A DNA stretch of 64,000 nucleotides from Candidatus Latescibacterota bacterium. Lineage in GTDB: Bacteria; Latescibacterota; UBA2968; UBA8231. A model generated the notes under the pieces. The model worked only from the letters and a program-made list of their open reading frames with translations. It was not told the DNA's origin and made no database searches. The position numbers were made by a program, and so were the translations under genes. Location: positions 3,872,001 through 3,936,000 of the forward strand of contig OZ242318.1 of assembly GCA_965208105.1 (NCBI GenBank). The letters run 5' to 3'. Shown in pieces: positions 1-9,903 of the stretch; position 1 is the first letter of the stretch, and every line of letters begins with the position of its first letter.

Positions 1-20
1 TGCGCTCTGAGCCGTCCAAA

Positions 21-1004
21 GTGTCGGTGCAAGCGGAGAACTACCTGGACCTGGGATTGGAGTTGCTGGATGTGGAGGCGCTGGACACGGGACGCCATCG
101 TGCGCTTGTAGTGGAAGATCCAATCGACCGCCGCAAGCTCAAAGGATTCGTCCATTTTTCAGCAGTACTGATAGAATCCGTATTCGAGAGCGCCGCCAAT
201 CTGGGTCATTTCGCTCGAACCTCTGCTTATTCTGTGGACAGGCAAATTACCTATGTCCCCGATTGGCGTCATTCGGCCAACGTGAAAGCCCTTCAGGGCC
301 TGGCGAGCGAGATAGAGGAAAAAACCGGGCTCAAGGCAGTGGTGGACGAGGACATAAGTCTGGATGCTTCCGAACTGCTGTCCAGCCCCTTCATCCTGCT
401 CACCAGCACTCACGAGTTCGAACCGACCGAGGGGGAAATCAACAACCTGGGCCGCTACCTTACTTCCGGAGGGTTCGCCTACGTCGAGCAAGTGGGTACG
501 AATAGAGAAGGATGGACATCCGGTAGTTTCCCCGAGCTGATTTCCCTTCGCCACCTGGTGGGTCGCGCTCTAGCCAGTCGGGGTCTTCGCGAAGGAAAGG
601 ACTGGAGTTTTGAACCGTTGACCGGCGAGCATCCGCTATTTGCAGCGTATTATAGTCTGCACAGGGTGCCGACAAGCTACTGGGAATCCATTTACAGACC
701 TCCTGACCATGTGGGCCATAGTCGCCATACGCCAAGGACCGCAGATATACCGCCCTACGTTGAAGGAGTACATTTGAACGGTCGTCTGGTCGCGATATAC
801 TCCAGGCAGAACTACAGGGATTTCTGGTACCGGCGTCCCGAGCAGAATCTGACCAACGCATCGGACTACGTGCTGTCGAACTTTGTAGATGTTGCCACTC
901 ACAAACCCAGCAGCGATCCCGCCATTCGATTCGGGATCAATGTGGTCGTGTTTGCTCTGACACAGGAAGGTTCCCTTGCCCGACGATATGTCAGAGCGCG
1001 GTAA
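21..1004 (+). CDS. DUF4159-domain protein (probably 5'-truncated by the window edge)
   Basis: Motifs SPFILLT, EINNLGRYLTSGGF, HPLF, GVHLNGRLVAIYS, RFGINVVVFALTQEG typical of DUF4159; first of three closely spaced co-oriented genes. Confidence 0.7.
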   Translation: MSVQAENYLDLGLELLDVEALDTGRHRALVVEDPIDRRKLKGFVHFSAVLIESVFESAANLGHFARTSAYSVDRQITYVPDWRHSANVKALQGLASEIEEKTGLKAVVDEDISLDASELLSSPFILLTSTHEFEPTEGEINNLGRYLTSGGFAYVEQVGTNREGWTSGSFPELISLRHLVGRALASRGLREGKDWSFEPLTGEHPLFAAYYSLHRVPTSYWESIYRPPDHVGHSRHTPRTADIPPYVEGVHLNGRLVAIYSRQNYRDFWYRRPEQNLTNASDYVLSNFVDVATHKPSSDPAIRFGINVVVFALTQEGSLARRYVRAR

Positions 1005-1016
1005 GGCCGCAGCACA

Positions 1017-2705
1017 ATGATACGCCTCGGGATATTGATCAGGGTCCTTCCCATTTTCGGATTTGTGGGTTACAGCTCTGCACAAGAGTGGTTCATTGCG
1101 GGGAAAGAGGAATTTCTTCAGGGCAACCTCAATGGTCTGGAAGTGACGGAAGCGGGGATGCTCCGGCTCACTTCCTTCGAGGGCGTCGACTTCGCCCTGG
1201 GGACCCAAGCCTTTTCCGATGGCACCATTCTGCCGAGAGGCAGCGAGATTACGGACGGAAACCTCGCCACCGAGTGGGATTTCGACGAGGATCCCAAAGT
1301 GGTCGGAAAGACCATCGACCTCGATCTGGGAGGCAACCGGCTCGTCAACCAGGTGCGAGTCCTGCCCGGCTCCGGTGTCGGTGCCGATAACCCGGAGTAT
1401 TTCGTCAAGGGATACCGCGTCGAGGTTGCCCCTGAAGAAGCGCCTGATGCGTTCACCGTGGTGGCGGAGGAATTTGTCAATCAAAATCCACTGATAGATA
1501 CGACCGCCGATGGTACCTGGCTGCGCTACGCCGATGGCGCACCGGTTGCCGCCCTGGGCCGCTACCTGCGCGTCACCATTACCCGGCAGGATCTGCCCAA
1601 CTGGGCCGTCATCGGGGACGTAGAGGTGTTCGGCACCGGGTTTCAAGCCCGGGGTGAGTATCTGTCACCGGTTCATAAATTCACAGATCTGGTAAATGTC
1701 GGGGTTGGGTTTTTCGAGGCCAAAGCCCTTCCCGGAACTCGCTTGCGAATGCAGTTCCGGGGGGCCATAGTAGAAGGTGGTTATCCATCATGGGACGAGT
1801 TGCCTTATTTTGAGCCGGAAAAAGGGGAGGAAGGGGTTTATTTTCCCGTCCAGGATCCGATCCAATTCATTCAGTATCGCTGCCAGCTGGAAACGAGCGA
1901 TCCCCATATCACCCCGAATCTCCAAAATGTACGGGTAGGTTTCGATCCGCGTCTCCTGGCCTCATTGACCAGGGGCAGCATTTCCCCCCAAGTGGTTCCT
2001 ATGGGGGAGTCCGCTCGTTTTACCTATTCTGCCATGCTTTTTCGGCCAGAGGGAGCCTACCCGACGGATCTTCTGGTCCTGGATCGTCCCGGTCGGCTGG
2101 AAGAACTTCTATTGGATGAGAGGGCGGTTCCAACCGAGCAGTACCAGGTCTTGACGGAGGTGGGTTCACTGGAGGCGTCCAACTTGGCTATTCGGCTTGA
2201 TCCTGCATTAAGTAGCTCGAATTTCAGAGAGGTTCAGATCGGCTTTTCCACGTCGTTCTTCTCCGGGACCGAGGGGGTCGATCTGTTCGTGGGATCGATT
2301 CAAGAGGGTGCAGATCCAAAGAACTTGCAGAAAATAGCTCCAATACGAGAGGGCAGCACTCTAGTGAGGGTTGTCGGCGTAGTGAATGAGTTGGTGCCCT
2401 CTGCCAGCGTGGCGATCCGGCCGCGCGTGTTCAGGCCGGACCGCGGCGGCGCTGCGCGCATCGAGTTCGATCTGACCAAGGTACTGGTGTCCGTGCCCGT
2501 GACCGTCACCATCCACGACCTCTCCGGCCGCAGGGTTTGCACCGTGGTCGATCGGGAGCTGGTGTCGGCGAATGAGGTCTCGATCCCCTGGGACGGCTAC
2601 GATGATCACGGCGGCGTCCTTGCCCCCGGGATCTACATGTGCAGGATCCGCGTCCACGCCCAGGAATCGGTGACCCTCGTCCGTTTCCTGGGCATCGCCT
2701 ATTGA
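1017..2705 (+). CDS. Secreted protein with discoidin/F5-8-like N-terminal region and C-terminal FlgD-Ig-like domain
   Basis: Signal peptide; IDLDLG...GRYLRV discoidin-like motifs; C-terminal VTIHDLSGRRV...WDGYDDHG...PGIYMCRI. Confidence 0.7.
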   Translation: MIRLGILIRVLPIFGFVGYSSAQEWFIAGKEEFLQGNLNGLEVTEAGMLRLTSFEGVDFALGTQAFSDGTILPRGSEITDGNLATEWDFDEDPKVVGKTIDLDLGGNRLVNQVRVLPGSGVGADNPEYFVKGYRVEVAPEEAPDAFTVVAEEFVNQNPLIDTTADGTWLRYADGAPVAALGRYLRVTITRQDLPNWAVIGDVEVFGTGFQARGEYLSPVHKFTDLVNVGVGFFEAKALPGTRLRMQFRGAIVEGGYPSWDELPYFEPEKGEEGVYFPVQDPIQFIQYRCQLETSDPHITPNLQNVRVGFDPRLLASLTRGSISPQVVPMGESARFTYSAMLFRPEGAYPTDLLVLDRPGRLEELLLDERAVPTEQYQVLTEVGSLEASNLAIRLDPALSSSNFREVQIGFSTSFFSGTEGVDLFVGSIQEGADPKNLQKIAPIREGSTLVRVVGVVNELVPSASVAIRPRVFRPDRGGAARIEFDLTKVLVSVPVTVTIHDLSGRRVCTVVDRELVSANEVSIPWDGYDDHGGVLAPGIYMCRIRVHAQESVTLVRFLGIAY

Positions 2706-2707
2706 GG

Positions 2708-5356
2708 ATGTCCAGGTATGTCGTGACTCGGCAATTCCCAATCACGCTGTTGGTCCTCTCTCTTGCTTCAGGAGTCCTCGGCCTGGAGGCGGACTTCAGG
2801 GGTTTTCTCCAACGCCCCGGGATGGAAGCCTACCGCAACTACGCGGAGTACTCCTACCATAACTACCGCTCCCTTTTCCGGGTCGACCCGCGCTACAACT
2901 TCTTCGGAGATTTTCTTGCGGTAGGCTTTCGCGCCTTCAGATTGAATGACCAGAACCCCGGAAAGAGCCTCATTTCCAAGGACGGGGTCTACCGCGCCAT
3001 GTTCAGCAATTTGCTCATGGCGCGCAACTCCTACGGGCGCCTCAACCTGGCCCTGACCGTCGGTGACAAGGTGCGCACCCACCTGACTCCCCTGACCATG
3101 CAGCGGGCCAGCTTCAACGGTCTGCGCTGGGAGATCGAGTTCGCCAACAACCGGGTGACTCTGCTCAGCTCGCGCGGCTTCGACAATTCGGAGTTCCCGG
3201 CTTTCCCCAGCTTTTCTACTCCCATCGACGACGATTTCACCGACTTCCAGGGCGATTTGAACCGGGAATTCGTTATCGAAGAGGACAACCCGGTCTACAC
3301 CTTCGGCGGCCACTGGGAAACCCAGGCGGGGGACGTGCTCACCCTGGGAATGACCTTTCTCAACCAGCGGCAGGTCAATTTCGGAGCCTTTCGCCAAGAC
3401 AGCTTCTTCGCCGGCAGCGTGCCTTATCCCGAAATGTTGTCCCCTGAGAAGCTGATGCTGCGCATCACCGACGACTCCCCTCGCAGTACGGAACATGGCG
3501 CCACCATATTTTCCGTCTTTCTGGAAATGGAGGGGACTATGGGTGGAGTGAACGCCACAATCAGCAGCGATCCACTCAGCCCCCATTTCGACGAGTCGCT
3601 GCAGCCTCTGGTGAGGGGCGTGGCGAAGAAGGATGAAAGGTGGGACATTCGCGGCGACGAGGAACTGATCATAACTTTCGAGCTGCCGATAGGAACTCCT
3701 TCAAAACGCGCCCGCTTCGTCGTGGCGGCGGCCAACGACTATCGCATCGCCGCGGCGCAGGAACACCTGTTCTACCAGACCGGAAATTCGCGCACGACCC
3801 CGTACATGACCCTGCGCCGCGCCGCCGGAGAGGTGAGCGACGGCTCCAACTTCCGGGAGCTGGTGATCGACTACGGTCTCAACAGCGGCCAGACCTTCTA
3901 CGGCATGGACTTCGCCGCCGACCTGGCGGGATTCAAGCTGCGCGGCGAGGTGTCGAAAAACACCCTCTACCGCAAGTACCCGATCATTTCCGGCCGCAGC
4001 CTGCGCCGCGATACCGGGGCCTGGTACCTGCAGGCGGTAAGGACCTTTCCGCGCCTGCGCCGGCTTTCCTTCGGCGCCGAGTTCTTCCACCTCGGCCCGC
4101 GCTACGGCGGCGGCTACGACAGCCGCCGCGGCGGCGTGGTGCTCTACACCGACACGGGGGGAGACGGCATCAGTCAGGTGGTGGCCGAGTTCCCCCTGGT
4201 GGACGACAACGACGACAACGACCGCTACTCCGACGACAACAAAAACGACTTCCCCGGCTCCTTCGACCTGGAATCGGGGGTCTACCCGGGGCTCGACGAA
4301 GACAACGACAACATCCCCGACGACGACCGCAACGCCAACGGCATCCCCGATTTCGAGGAGCCCTTCCTGCTCTACCATTCCGACCCCCAGGAGTTCGTCT
4401 ATGGCCTGGACCTGAACAACAACGGGGTCATCGACGTGCGCGAGAACGACAACAAGCCCGACTATCCCTACGACCGCGACCGCCGCGGCCGCCACTACAC
4501 CGTGGCCCTGCAGCCTTTGCCGCAGCTGGAGGTGGGGGCGGGTCACTACCGCATCCGCGCGTTGGCCGACCCCGGGCGCACCGTCTCCACCTACCTGCGC
4601 GCCGCCTACTCTTACGCCCACCCCGAGAGGCTGGAGATCGAGCTCAACCACGACTCCAAGCGGGTCAGGGACACTATTCCCGATTCGGTCTACGTCTTCG
4701 ATCCGGCCCGCATCGTGACGCCCCTGGAACCGCCGGACCCCGATCCCCTGCTGCAACAGAACAGTTGGGTGCACACCTCCTTTGCCGGGGTGCGCTGGAG
4801 CCGCTGGGCGCCGCTCTACCTGGAGGCCAATTTCAGACAGGTCCTCAACCGCCTGTTCGACCTGGGCCACACGCGGGTGTCGGAGCGCGACCGCCGGGTG
4901 ACCCGGACCATGGTCAACAAGGTGGACTATCGGATGGAGTGGGGCCGCTTCACGGTGATGCCCATGTACAAGCGCCTGTGGCGGCGGGTGGATCTGGACT
5001 CCCGGGAGGGTGCGGCGGTGCATGAGGTGCAGTCGGCGCCGATGCTGCGGGTGGACTACCGGGTGAGCGGAGACATGAAGGTGCAGATGGGCCAGCAGGG
5101 ACTGCGGCTTCCCTTCCTGGGCATGGACCGTGTGCTGGCGTTTCACCTGGACGACCAGGTGCGGCGCTACCGCAGCTACACCTCCACCGACTTCATGTTC
5201 ATGCTCACGTTGAAGGGCAGCTACCTGGGCAACGTGCTGACGACCAACTCGGGGATTCAACTGCACAGCCGCCGGTTCGACCAGATCGGGGCGGGGTCGG
5301 ATCTCAAGTTCACCCGCTTCTTCGTGGAAGTGGTGGCCGGATTCGAGCATTTCTGA
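2708..5356 (+). CDS. Large secreted/outer-membrane protein with acidic Ca-binding (thrombospondin type 3-like) repeats
   Basis: ATG 2708 just after the upstream stop; signal peptide; DDNDDNDRYSDD, DEDNDNIPDDDRNANGIPD, DLNNNGVID repeats; amphipathic beta-strand C-terminus ending in Phe. Confidence 0.65.
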   Translation: MSRYVVTRQFPITLLVLSLASGVLGLEADFRGFLQRPGMEAYRNYAEYSYHNYRSLFRVDPRYNFFGDFLAVGFRAFRLNDQNPGKSLISKDGVYRAMFSNLLMARNSYGRLNLALTVGDKVRTHLTPLTMQRASFNGLRWEIEFANNRVTLLSSRGFDNSEFPAFPSFSTPIDDDFTDFQGDLNREFVIEEDNPVYTFGGHWETQAGDVLTLGMTFLNQRQVNFGAFRQDSFFAGSVPYPEMLSPEKLMLRITDDSPRSTEHGATIFSVFLEMEGTMGGVNATISSDPLSPHFDESLQPLVRGVAKKDERWDIRGDEELIITFELPIGTPSKRARFVVAAANDYRIAAAQEHLFYQTGNSRTTPYMTLRRAAGEVSDGSNFRELVIDYGLNSGQTFYGMDFAADLAGFKLRGEVSKNTLYRKYPIISGRSLRRDTGAWYLQAVRTFPRLRRLSFGAEFFHLGPRYGGGYDSRRGGVVLYTDTGGDGISQVVAEFPLVDDNDDNDRYSDDNKNDFPGSFDLESGVYPGLDEDNDNIPDDDRNANGIPDFEEPFLLYHSDPQEFVYGLDLNNNGVIDVRENDNKPDYPYDRDRRGRHYTVALQPLPQLEVGAGHYRIRALADPGRTVSTYLRAAYSYAHPERLEIELNHDSKRVRDTIPDSVYVFDPARIVTPLEPPDPDPLLQQNSWVHTSFAGVRWSRWAPLYLEANFRQVLNRLFDLGHTRVSERDRRVTRTMVNKVDYRMEWGRFTVMPMYKRLWRRVDLDSREGAAVHEVQSAPMLRVDYRVSGDMKVQMGQQGLRLPFLGMDRVLAFHLDDQVRRYRSYTSTDFMFMLTLKGSYLGNVLTTNSGIQLHSRRFDQIGAGSDLKFTRFFVEVVAGFEHF

Positions 5357-5684
5357 GCGGAGCCTTCGCCCATGACTCTCATAACCATGTTGTTCGACTT
5401 TCCTGATAACCGATCTGCCGGCCGCGGGTCCAGTTTGCCGCGCAGGACGCCGAGCTGGTCACCGGCCGCGGCGACCGGCTGCGGCCCTGGGGCACGCAGA
5501 AGGGGGAGGCGGTGCACACCTTCGAGGAGAGTACTACCGCGCCCGGCGCGGCCCTGTTGGCGCCGGCTACGCGGCTGCATCCAACTGACTCAGGAGGCGG
5601 GATCGACTCGGGCCGGAGAGGGGCGCCGGCAATGGATGCGAGGGTGACGGACGAACCGCGTGACTTGGGGCAGGTGTTGGAGCT

Positions 5685-5915
5685 TCAGGTCCACAATCTG
5701 AGCACAATATTGAGCAGGGTCAGGCCGGCCCCTATGACCAGCATCAACAGACGCAGGCTTCCCTTGAATTCGGCGAGTCCAGTTTTAAGGCCCCCAATAT
5801 CCGTTTTGATTTCGGCCTTGAGCTCGGCGATGTCTGCCTTGGTGGCCAAATGTTCGTAGGCCGCTTCGAGCCGGCTGAGACGTTCTTCCGTCGTGGGTGG
5901 GGTAGGGTTGTTCAT
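5685..5915 (-). CDS. Small coiled-coil membrane-anchored protein (CCDC90/DUF1640-like)
   Basis: LATKADIAELKAEIK heptads followed by a C-terminal hydrophobic helix; GAGG RBS. Confidence 0.65.
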   Translation of the reverse strand: MNNPTPPTTEERLSRLEAAYEHLATKADIAELKAEIKTDIGGLKTGLAEFKGSLRLLMLVIGAGLTLLNIVLRLWT

Positions 5916-6086
5916 GCCTCGCGATCCTTTCCGGGGGAAAGGTAATCCACTTTCCGCCCTTTGTCACCTTTTGTTTGCAACTTCAGTCTATATTGCCCAA
6001 TTGTTACGCTATTCAATTTATTCAAGCAATTTCCCGGCCTGAGTCGGCCGATTGAGCATAATTTTCCCTACTGTTCCCTGGCCGTG

Positions 6087-6115
6087 TTGTTCGGTTTTCT
6101 CTTTTGTCCTATATT
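6087..6115 (+). promoter_or_regulatory. Putative sigma70 promoter of tRNA-Val
   Basis: TTGTTC-17 nt-TATATT about 47 nt upstream of the tRNA, in an AT-rich stretch. Confidence 0.55.
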
Positions 6116-6162
6116 CTGGATCCGCTTGAATAAATGGATGCCGTGGAGAACCGGTTTGGAGA

Positions 6163-6239
6163 GGGCGATTAGCTCAGGTGGTTAGAGTGCCTGCTTGACA
6201 TGCAGGAGGTCGCTGGTTCAAGTCCAGCATCGCCCACCA
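6163..6239 (+). tRNA. tRNA-Val(GAC)
   Basis: Acceptor GGGCGAT/ATCGCCC, D arm AGCTCAGGTGGTTAGAGT, anticodon arm CCTGC-TTGACAT-GCAGG, T loop GGTTCAAGTCC, encoded CCA. Confidence 0.97.
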
Positions 6240-6251
6240 CTTTCTTTCCCA

Positions 6252-6287
6252 AGACTTGCGCGACTCGGGCGCAAGTCTCTTTTTTTG
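6252..6287 (+). terminator. Rho-independent terminator after tRNA-Val
   Basis: AGACTTGCGC...GCGCAAGTCT stem followed by a T run. Confidence 0.8.
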
Positions 6288-6360
6288 GCGTTTCCCACCC
6301 ACGAGCCGTCGGCCTTCAGGGGCCGCTGGCTGAAGATTCCCGGCGAGGAGCCTGTTCCCG

Positions 6361-7866
6361 ATGAAACATCTTTTCATCGACGACCACGAGGTCGAGTCGA
6401 TCCACAACCTGGCGCGCAAGCTGCACCAGCCCGAAAAGTTCCACGCCAACGCCGTTGTCCGGCCCGAGTACCGCTGGGAAAACCAGATGATCCGCATGGG
6501 GGGATCGGTGGCCTGGGACCCGGAGGACCGGTTGTTCAAGCTCATCTACCTGGGCACGGCCGCCGCCCCCGTTTCCACCGTGGGAAGCGCTGCCGCCCTG
6601 AAGCTGCACCCGGCAGGCGACGCCGGGGCGGCGAAGAGTTTCTCCTGTTACGCCACCTCGACCGACGGGGTCAACTGGGAGAAGCCATTTCTGGGCCTGC
6701 ACGACTACGAAGAGCTGACCTGGGACGGCAAGCGCATCGGCACCGCGAACAATATCCTGCCTTCGATCAACGGCACCCTGCGCGGCCCCATCTACGATGC
6801 TGCCGAGCCCGACCCGGGACGGCGCTTCAAGGGCCTCTCCTATCGCAGCGGCGGATTGTACACCCTGGTCTCGGCCGATGGCATGCACTGGCGGGAGCTG
6901 GACCTTCCGCCCCAGCCCAGCGCCGATGTCTCGGAGTTGTACCTGGACGAAACCCGCAACCTGTTCATCTCCACCGTCAAGCATCGCGGGCCTTACGGCC
7001 GCTCCTTCTACCTGTCCACCAGCGAGGACTTCCAAAGCTGGAGCGAGCAGGAGCTGATCTTTCACGCCGACCAGACCGACCAGGAGAACGGCTTTGCGCG
7101 CCTGCGCAAATTCTTCGACGATCCCGCCTATCTCACCCCGGTCTACAACCGCCCCGAGGAGTGGCGCACCGACATCTACCACTTTCCGGTGTTCCGCTAC
7201 GAAGATCTCTACCTGGCCATGCCGGTCATGCACCACTGGGCCGGCAAGCGCCCCCCGCTCTACGAGAACGTGGACAGCCGCAAATCGGTGGAGCTGGCTT
7301 CGAGCCGCGATCTGCGCCACTGGGAGCGGGTGGCCGGGCGCGCTCCCTTTCTGGAGCTTTCACCCGTGGGGGACCGAAGCCGCTATGATACGGGACAGAT
7401 CGGCATCACCAACGGGGTGGTGCGGCGCAACGGCCAGCTCTGGTTCTACTACGCCGGCCTGCGCCACCGCGCCCTTTCCATCGCCGACCAGCTCTGTCAG
7501 GGATACCTGGACAGCTCGGCGGTGTGCATGGCGAGGCTGCGGATGGACGGCTTCGTTTCCCTCAAGGGGGGTTCCGAGTGGGGCTCGGTGCTGACCAGGC
7601 CGGTGGCCATAGACGGCAGGGAGCTGCACCTCAACGTGGATTCATGGCGCGGCCAGGTGAAGGTGGAGGTGCTGGACTCCGAGGAGCACAGGCCTCTGGA
7701 GGGCTACGGCGCCGAAGAGAGCATCCCCGCGACCGTCGACAGCATCGACGCCGTGGCGCGCTGGAAGGGGAAGCCGGATCTGGCGGAACTGGAGGGGCGC
7801 ACGGTTTGCCTGCGCTTCAGTATTCTGCGCGGCGAACTCTACGCGTTCTGGTTCGGCGACGGGTAG
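6361..7866 (+). CDS. Beta-propeller glycoside hydrolase-like protein (GH32/43-like fold) with C-terminal beta-sandwich
   Basis: LFIDD N-terminus, Asp-box-like repeats (STDGVNW, SADGMHW, SEDFQSW, SRDLRHW), LRMDGFVSL, LYAFWF C-terminus; paralog at 61192. Confidence 0.7.
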   Translation: MKHLFIDDHEVESIHNLARKLHQPEKFHANAVVRPEYRWENQMIRMGGSVAWDPEDRLFKLIYLGTAAAPVSTVGSAAALKLHPAGDAGAAKSFSCYATSTDGVNWEKPFLGLHDYEELTWDGKRIGTANNILPSINGTLRGPIYDAAEPDPGRRFKGLSYRSGGLYTLVSADGMHWRELDLPPQPSADVSELYLDETRNLFISTVKHRGPYGRSFYLSTSEDFQSWSEQELIFHADQTDQENGFARLRKFFDDPAYLTPVYNRPEEWRTDIYHFPVFRYEDLYLAMPVMHHWAGKRPPLYENVDSRKSVELASSRDLRHWERVAGRAPFLELSPVGDRSRYDTGQIGITNGVVRRNGQLWFYYAGLRHRALSIADQLCQGYLDSSAVCMARLRMDGFVSLKGGSEWGSVLTRPVAIDGRELHLNVDSWRGQVKVEVLDSEEHRPLEGYGAEESIPATVDSIDAVARWKGKPDLAELEGRTVCLRFSILRGELYAFWFGDG

Positions 7867-7915
7867 CGGCGGGCGAGAAGGGACGGCGCAGCAGCAGCTC
7901 GAGCGAGAGCACCCC

Positions 7916-9892
7916 TTGGCGAAAGAGAAAGCGTCCTCAAGCGCCGGTAGCCGCCGGCCGCGACCACACCCGGACCCGGCCATCACCTGGCGCGCCCTGC
8001 TCCTCGGAGCCGCCACCATCGCGGCGACCACATTCTACGTGGTGGAGATCGCCCGCAAGCAGGGATCGGGAAGCTACATCCACTCCCAGTATCCCATGGC
8101 GGCCTTCCTGCCCTTCGTGGTGTGGATCCTCCTCAACGTGTTCCTCAAGGTGGTCTGGCCGCGCCTTGCCCTGCGCCGCGGCGAGCTTCTGACCCTGTTT
8201 TCCATGACCTGGATCGCCGCCGTGATTCCCGACTGGATCTGGCGCTGGTCCGGCACCATGACCACCCCCATTCACTACGCCAGCGCGGAGAATCGCTGGG
8301 CCGAGACCTTCTTCGACTTCCTTCCCTGGCAGATATTCCCCGAAACCAGCCACCGGGTCGTCGACACCTACTTCTACGGTCTTCCCCAGGGCATGTCCAT
8401 CCCCTGGGACGCGTGGCTGCCGCAGATCTTCAACTGGCTCGGCATCTCCTCCGCGGTGCTGATGTTCTGCTTCTGCCTGGTGGTCCTGCTGCAGAAGCAG
8501 TGGCAACAGGCGGAGAAGCTCGCCTTTCCCCTGGCCCAGCTCCCGATGGATCTGACCCGGGGAGGGGAGGGGCGCCTCCCCGCCCTGTTCTCGTCCAGGC
8601 TGTTCTGGCTCGGTTGCGCCGTTCCCTTCCTGCCCCAGCTCTACAACATCATCACCTACTTCACTCCCGGGCTGCCGGTCTTCGACCTGGTCCGCACCTG
8701 GACCTACTACTGGTTCGCAGACGGCCTCGTGCTGGTGTCGGTGCGGGTCATGCCGCTGATGCTCATGGTGGTCTACCTGTGCCCGGTGGACATCCTCGGC
8801 AGCATGCTGTTCTTCCACCTCGCCGCCACGGTGAAGACCTACCTGATGGGACGCTTCGGCACGCCGAGCTTCGGCCTGGTGGGCTACAGCGGGGAGCATC
8901 GCTTCAGCGAGGCCCAGATGGTGCTCAACACCGAAAGCCACGGCGCCATGGTGTTCCTCGCCCTGTGGTCGCTGTGGATCGCCCGGGGCTACCTGCGCCG
9001 GGTCTGGCGGCAGGTGCGCGACGGCGGCGGCGATCCCGGCGAGACGCGGCTCTATCGCTTCGCCGTCGCCGGCCTGCTGGTCTCCGGGATCTATGCGGTC
9101 TCCTGGGCCATGAGCATCGGGGTGAGCCTGCCCCTGGCCCTGGCGACCCTGGCGCTGACCACCATCTCCTACCTGATCACCGTCAAGCTGGTGGCCGCCA
9201 GCGGCTGCGCCTACATCTTTCCCAACCGCCCCTTTCTCAAGGGAGAGACCTTCGTGCTGGAGCTGGTGGGCTCGGTCTACGTGGCGCCGCGGCGCCTGGT
9301 GCCCTACAAGATGTTCACCAGCTACGGCCTGCTGGGCCGCTTCATCATCCCCCTGCTGCCGGCCATTCCGCACCATCTGCGCATCTTTTCCATCAGGCGG
9401 CAGCAGGGCCGGGTGCTGGCGGCGGTCCTGGCGGCCTTCCTGGTGGGTTTCGCCGTGGCCGTATGGACCACCCTGAACCTGGCCTACAGCGAAGGCCGCG
9501 ACGTGGGCGACCGCTGGAGTTTCTTCAACGGGATCGCCTACCTGGTGAACAACCCCATCGAGCCCAACGTGGGCAAATGGGTCCTGTGGTGGACCGGCTT
9601 TGCCGAGGGGGCCGCCATCACATTCCTGCGGGCGCGCTTCCAGTGGTTTCCCATCCATCCCATCGGCCTCGTGTTCCAGTTCACCCACGCGACCTTCCAC
9701 TACTGGCTCAACTTCTTCATCGTCTTCGTGGTCAAGCTGACCTTGCTGCGCTTCGGAGGGATCAAGGCCTACAGAGCCGGCAAGCCCTTCTTCTACGGCC
9801 TCGGAATCGGCTATACGATTGGAGTATTGCTCTCCACGGCGGTGGACGCCGTCTGGTTCCCCATGGCCGGCCACCACGTGCACGGCTGGTAG
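7916..9892 (+). CDS. DUF6785/DUF6784 (OPT-like) polytopic membrane protein, putative transporter
   Basis: ITWRALLLG, QWQQAEKLAFPLAQLP, WFPIHPIG, KPFFYGL motifs; many transmembrane segments. Confidence 0.75.
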   Translation: MAKEKASSSAGSRRPRPHPDPAITWRALLLGAATIAATTFYVVEIARKQGSGSYIHSQYPMAAFLPFVVWILLNVFLKVVWPRLALRRGELLTLFSMTWIAAVIPDWIWRWSGTMTTPIHYASAENRWAETFFDFLPWQIFPETSHRVVDTYFYGLPQGMSIPWDAWLPQIFNWLGISSAVLMFCFCLVVLLQKQWQQAEKLAFPLAQLPMDLTRGGEGRLPALFSSRLFWLGCAVPFLPQLYNIITYFTPGLPVFDLVRTWTYYWFADGLVLVSVRVMPLMLMVVYLCPVDILGSMLFFHLAATVKTYLMGRFGTPSFGLVGYSGEHRFSEAQMVLNTESHGAMVFLALWSLWIARGYLRRVWRQVRDGGGDPGETRLYRFAVAGLLVSGIYAVSWAMSIGVSLPLALATLALTTISYLITVKLVAASGCAYIFPNRPFLKGETFVLELVGSVYVAPRRLVPYKMFTSYGLLGRFIIPLLPAIPHHLRIFSIRRQQGRVLAAVLAAFLVGFAVAVWTTLNLAYSEGRDVGDRWSFFNGIAYLVNNPIEPNVGKWVLWWTGFAEGAAITFLRARFQWFPIHPIGLVFQFTHATFHYWLNFFIVFVVKLTLLRFGGIKAYRAGKPFFYGLGIGYTIGVLLSTAVDAVWFPMAGHHVHGW

Positions 9893-9903
9893 GAGGGGGA
9901 AGG

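Noticed and set aside
4195-4470. GACGACAAC-rich repeats resembling a repeat array
   Set aside because: They encode Asp/Asn Ca-binding motifs; no constant repeat-spacer structure, so not CRISPR. No CRISPR array or cas gene was seen in the window
5430-5540. Possible WD40 fragment (FAAQDAELVTGRGDRLRPWGTQKGEAVHTFE)
   Set aside because: Single short degenerate stretch without a start; too weak to call
6163-6239. tRNA-Val as integration site for the defence island
   Set aside because: No integrase nearby, no duplicated tRNA 3' end noticed, and the island starts about 20 kb away
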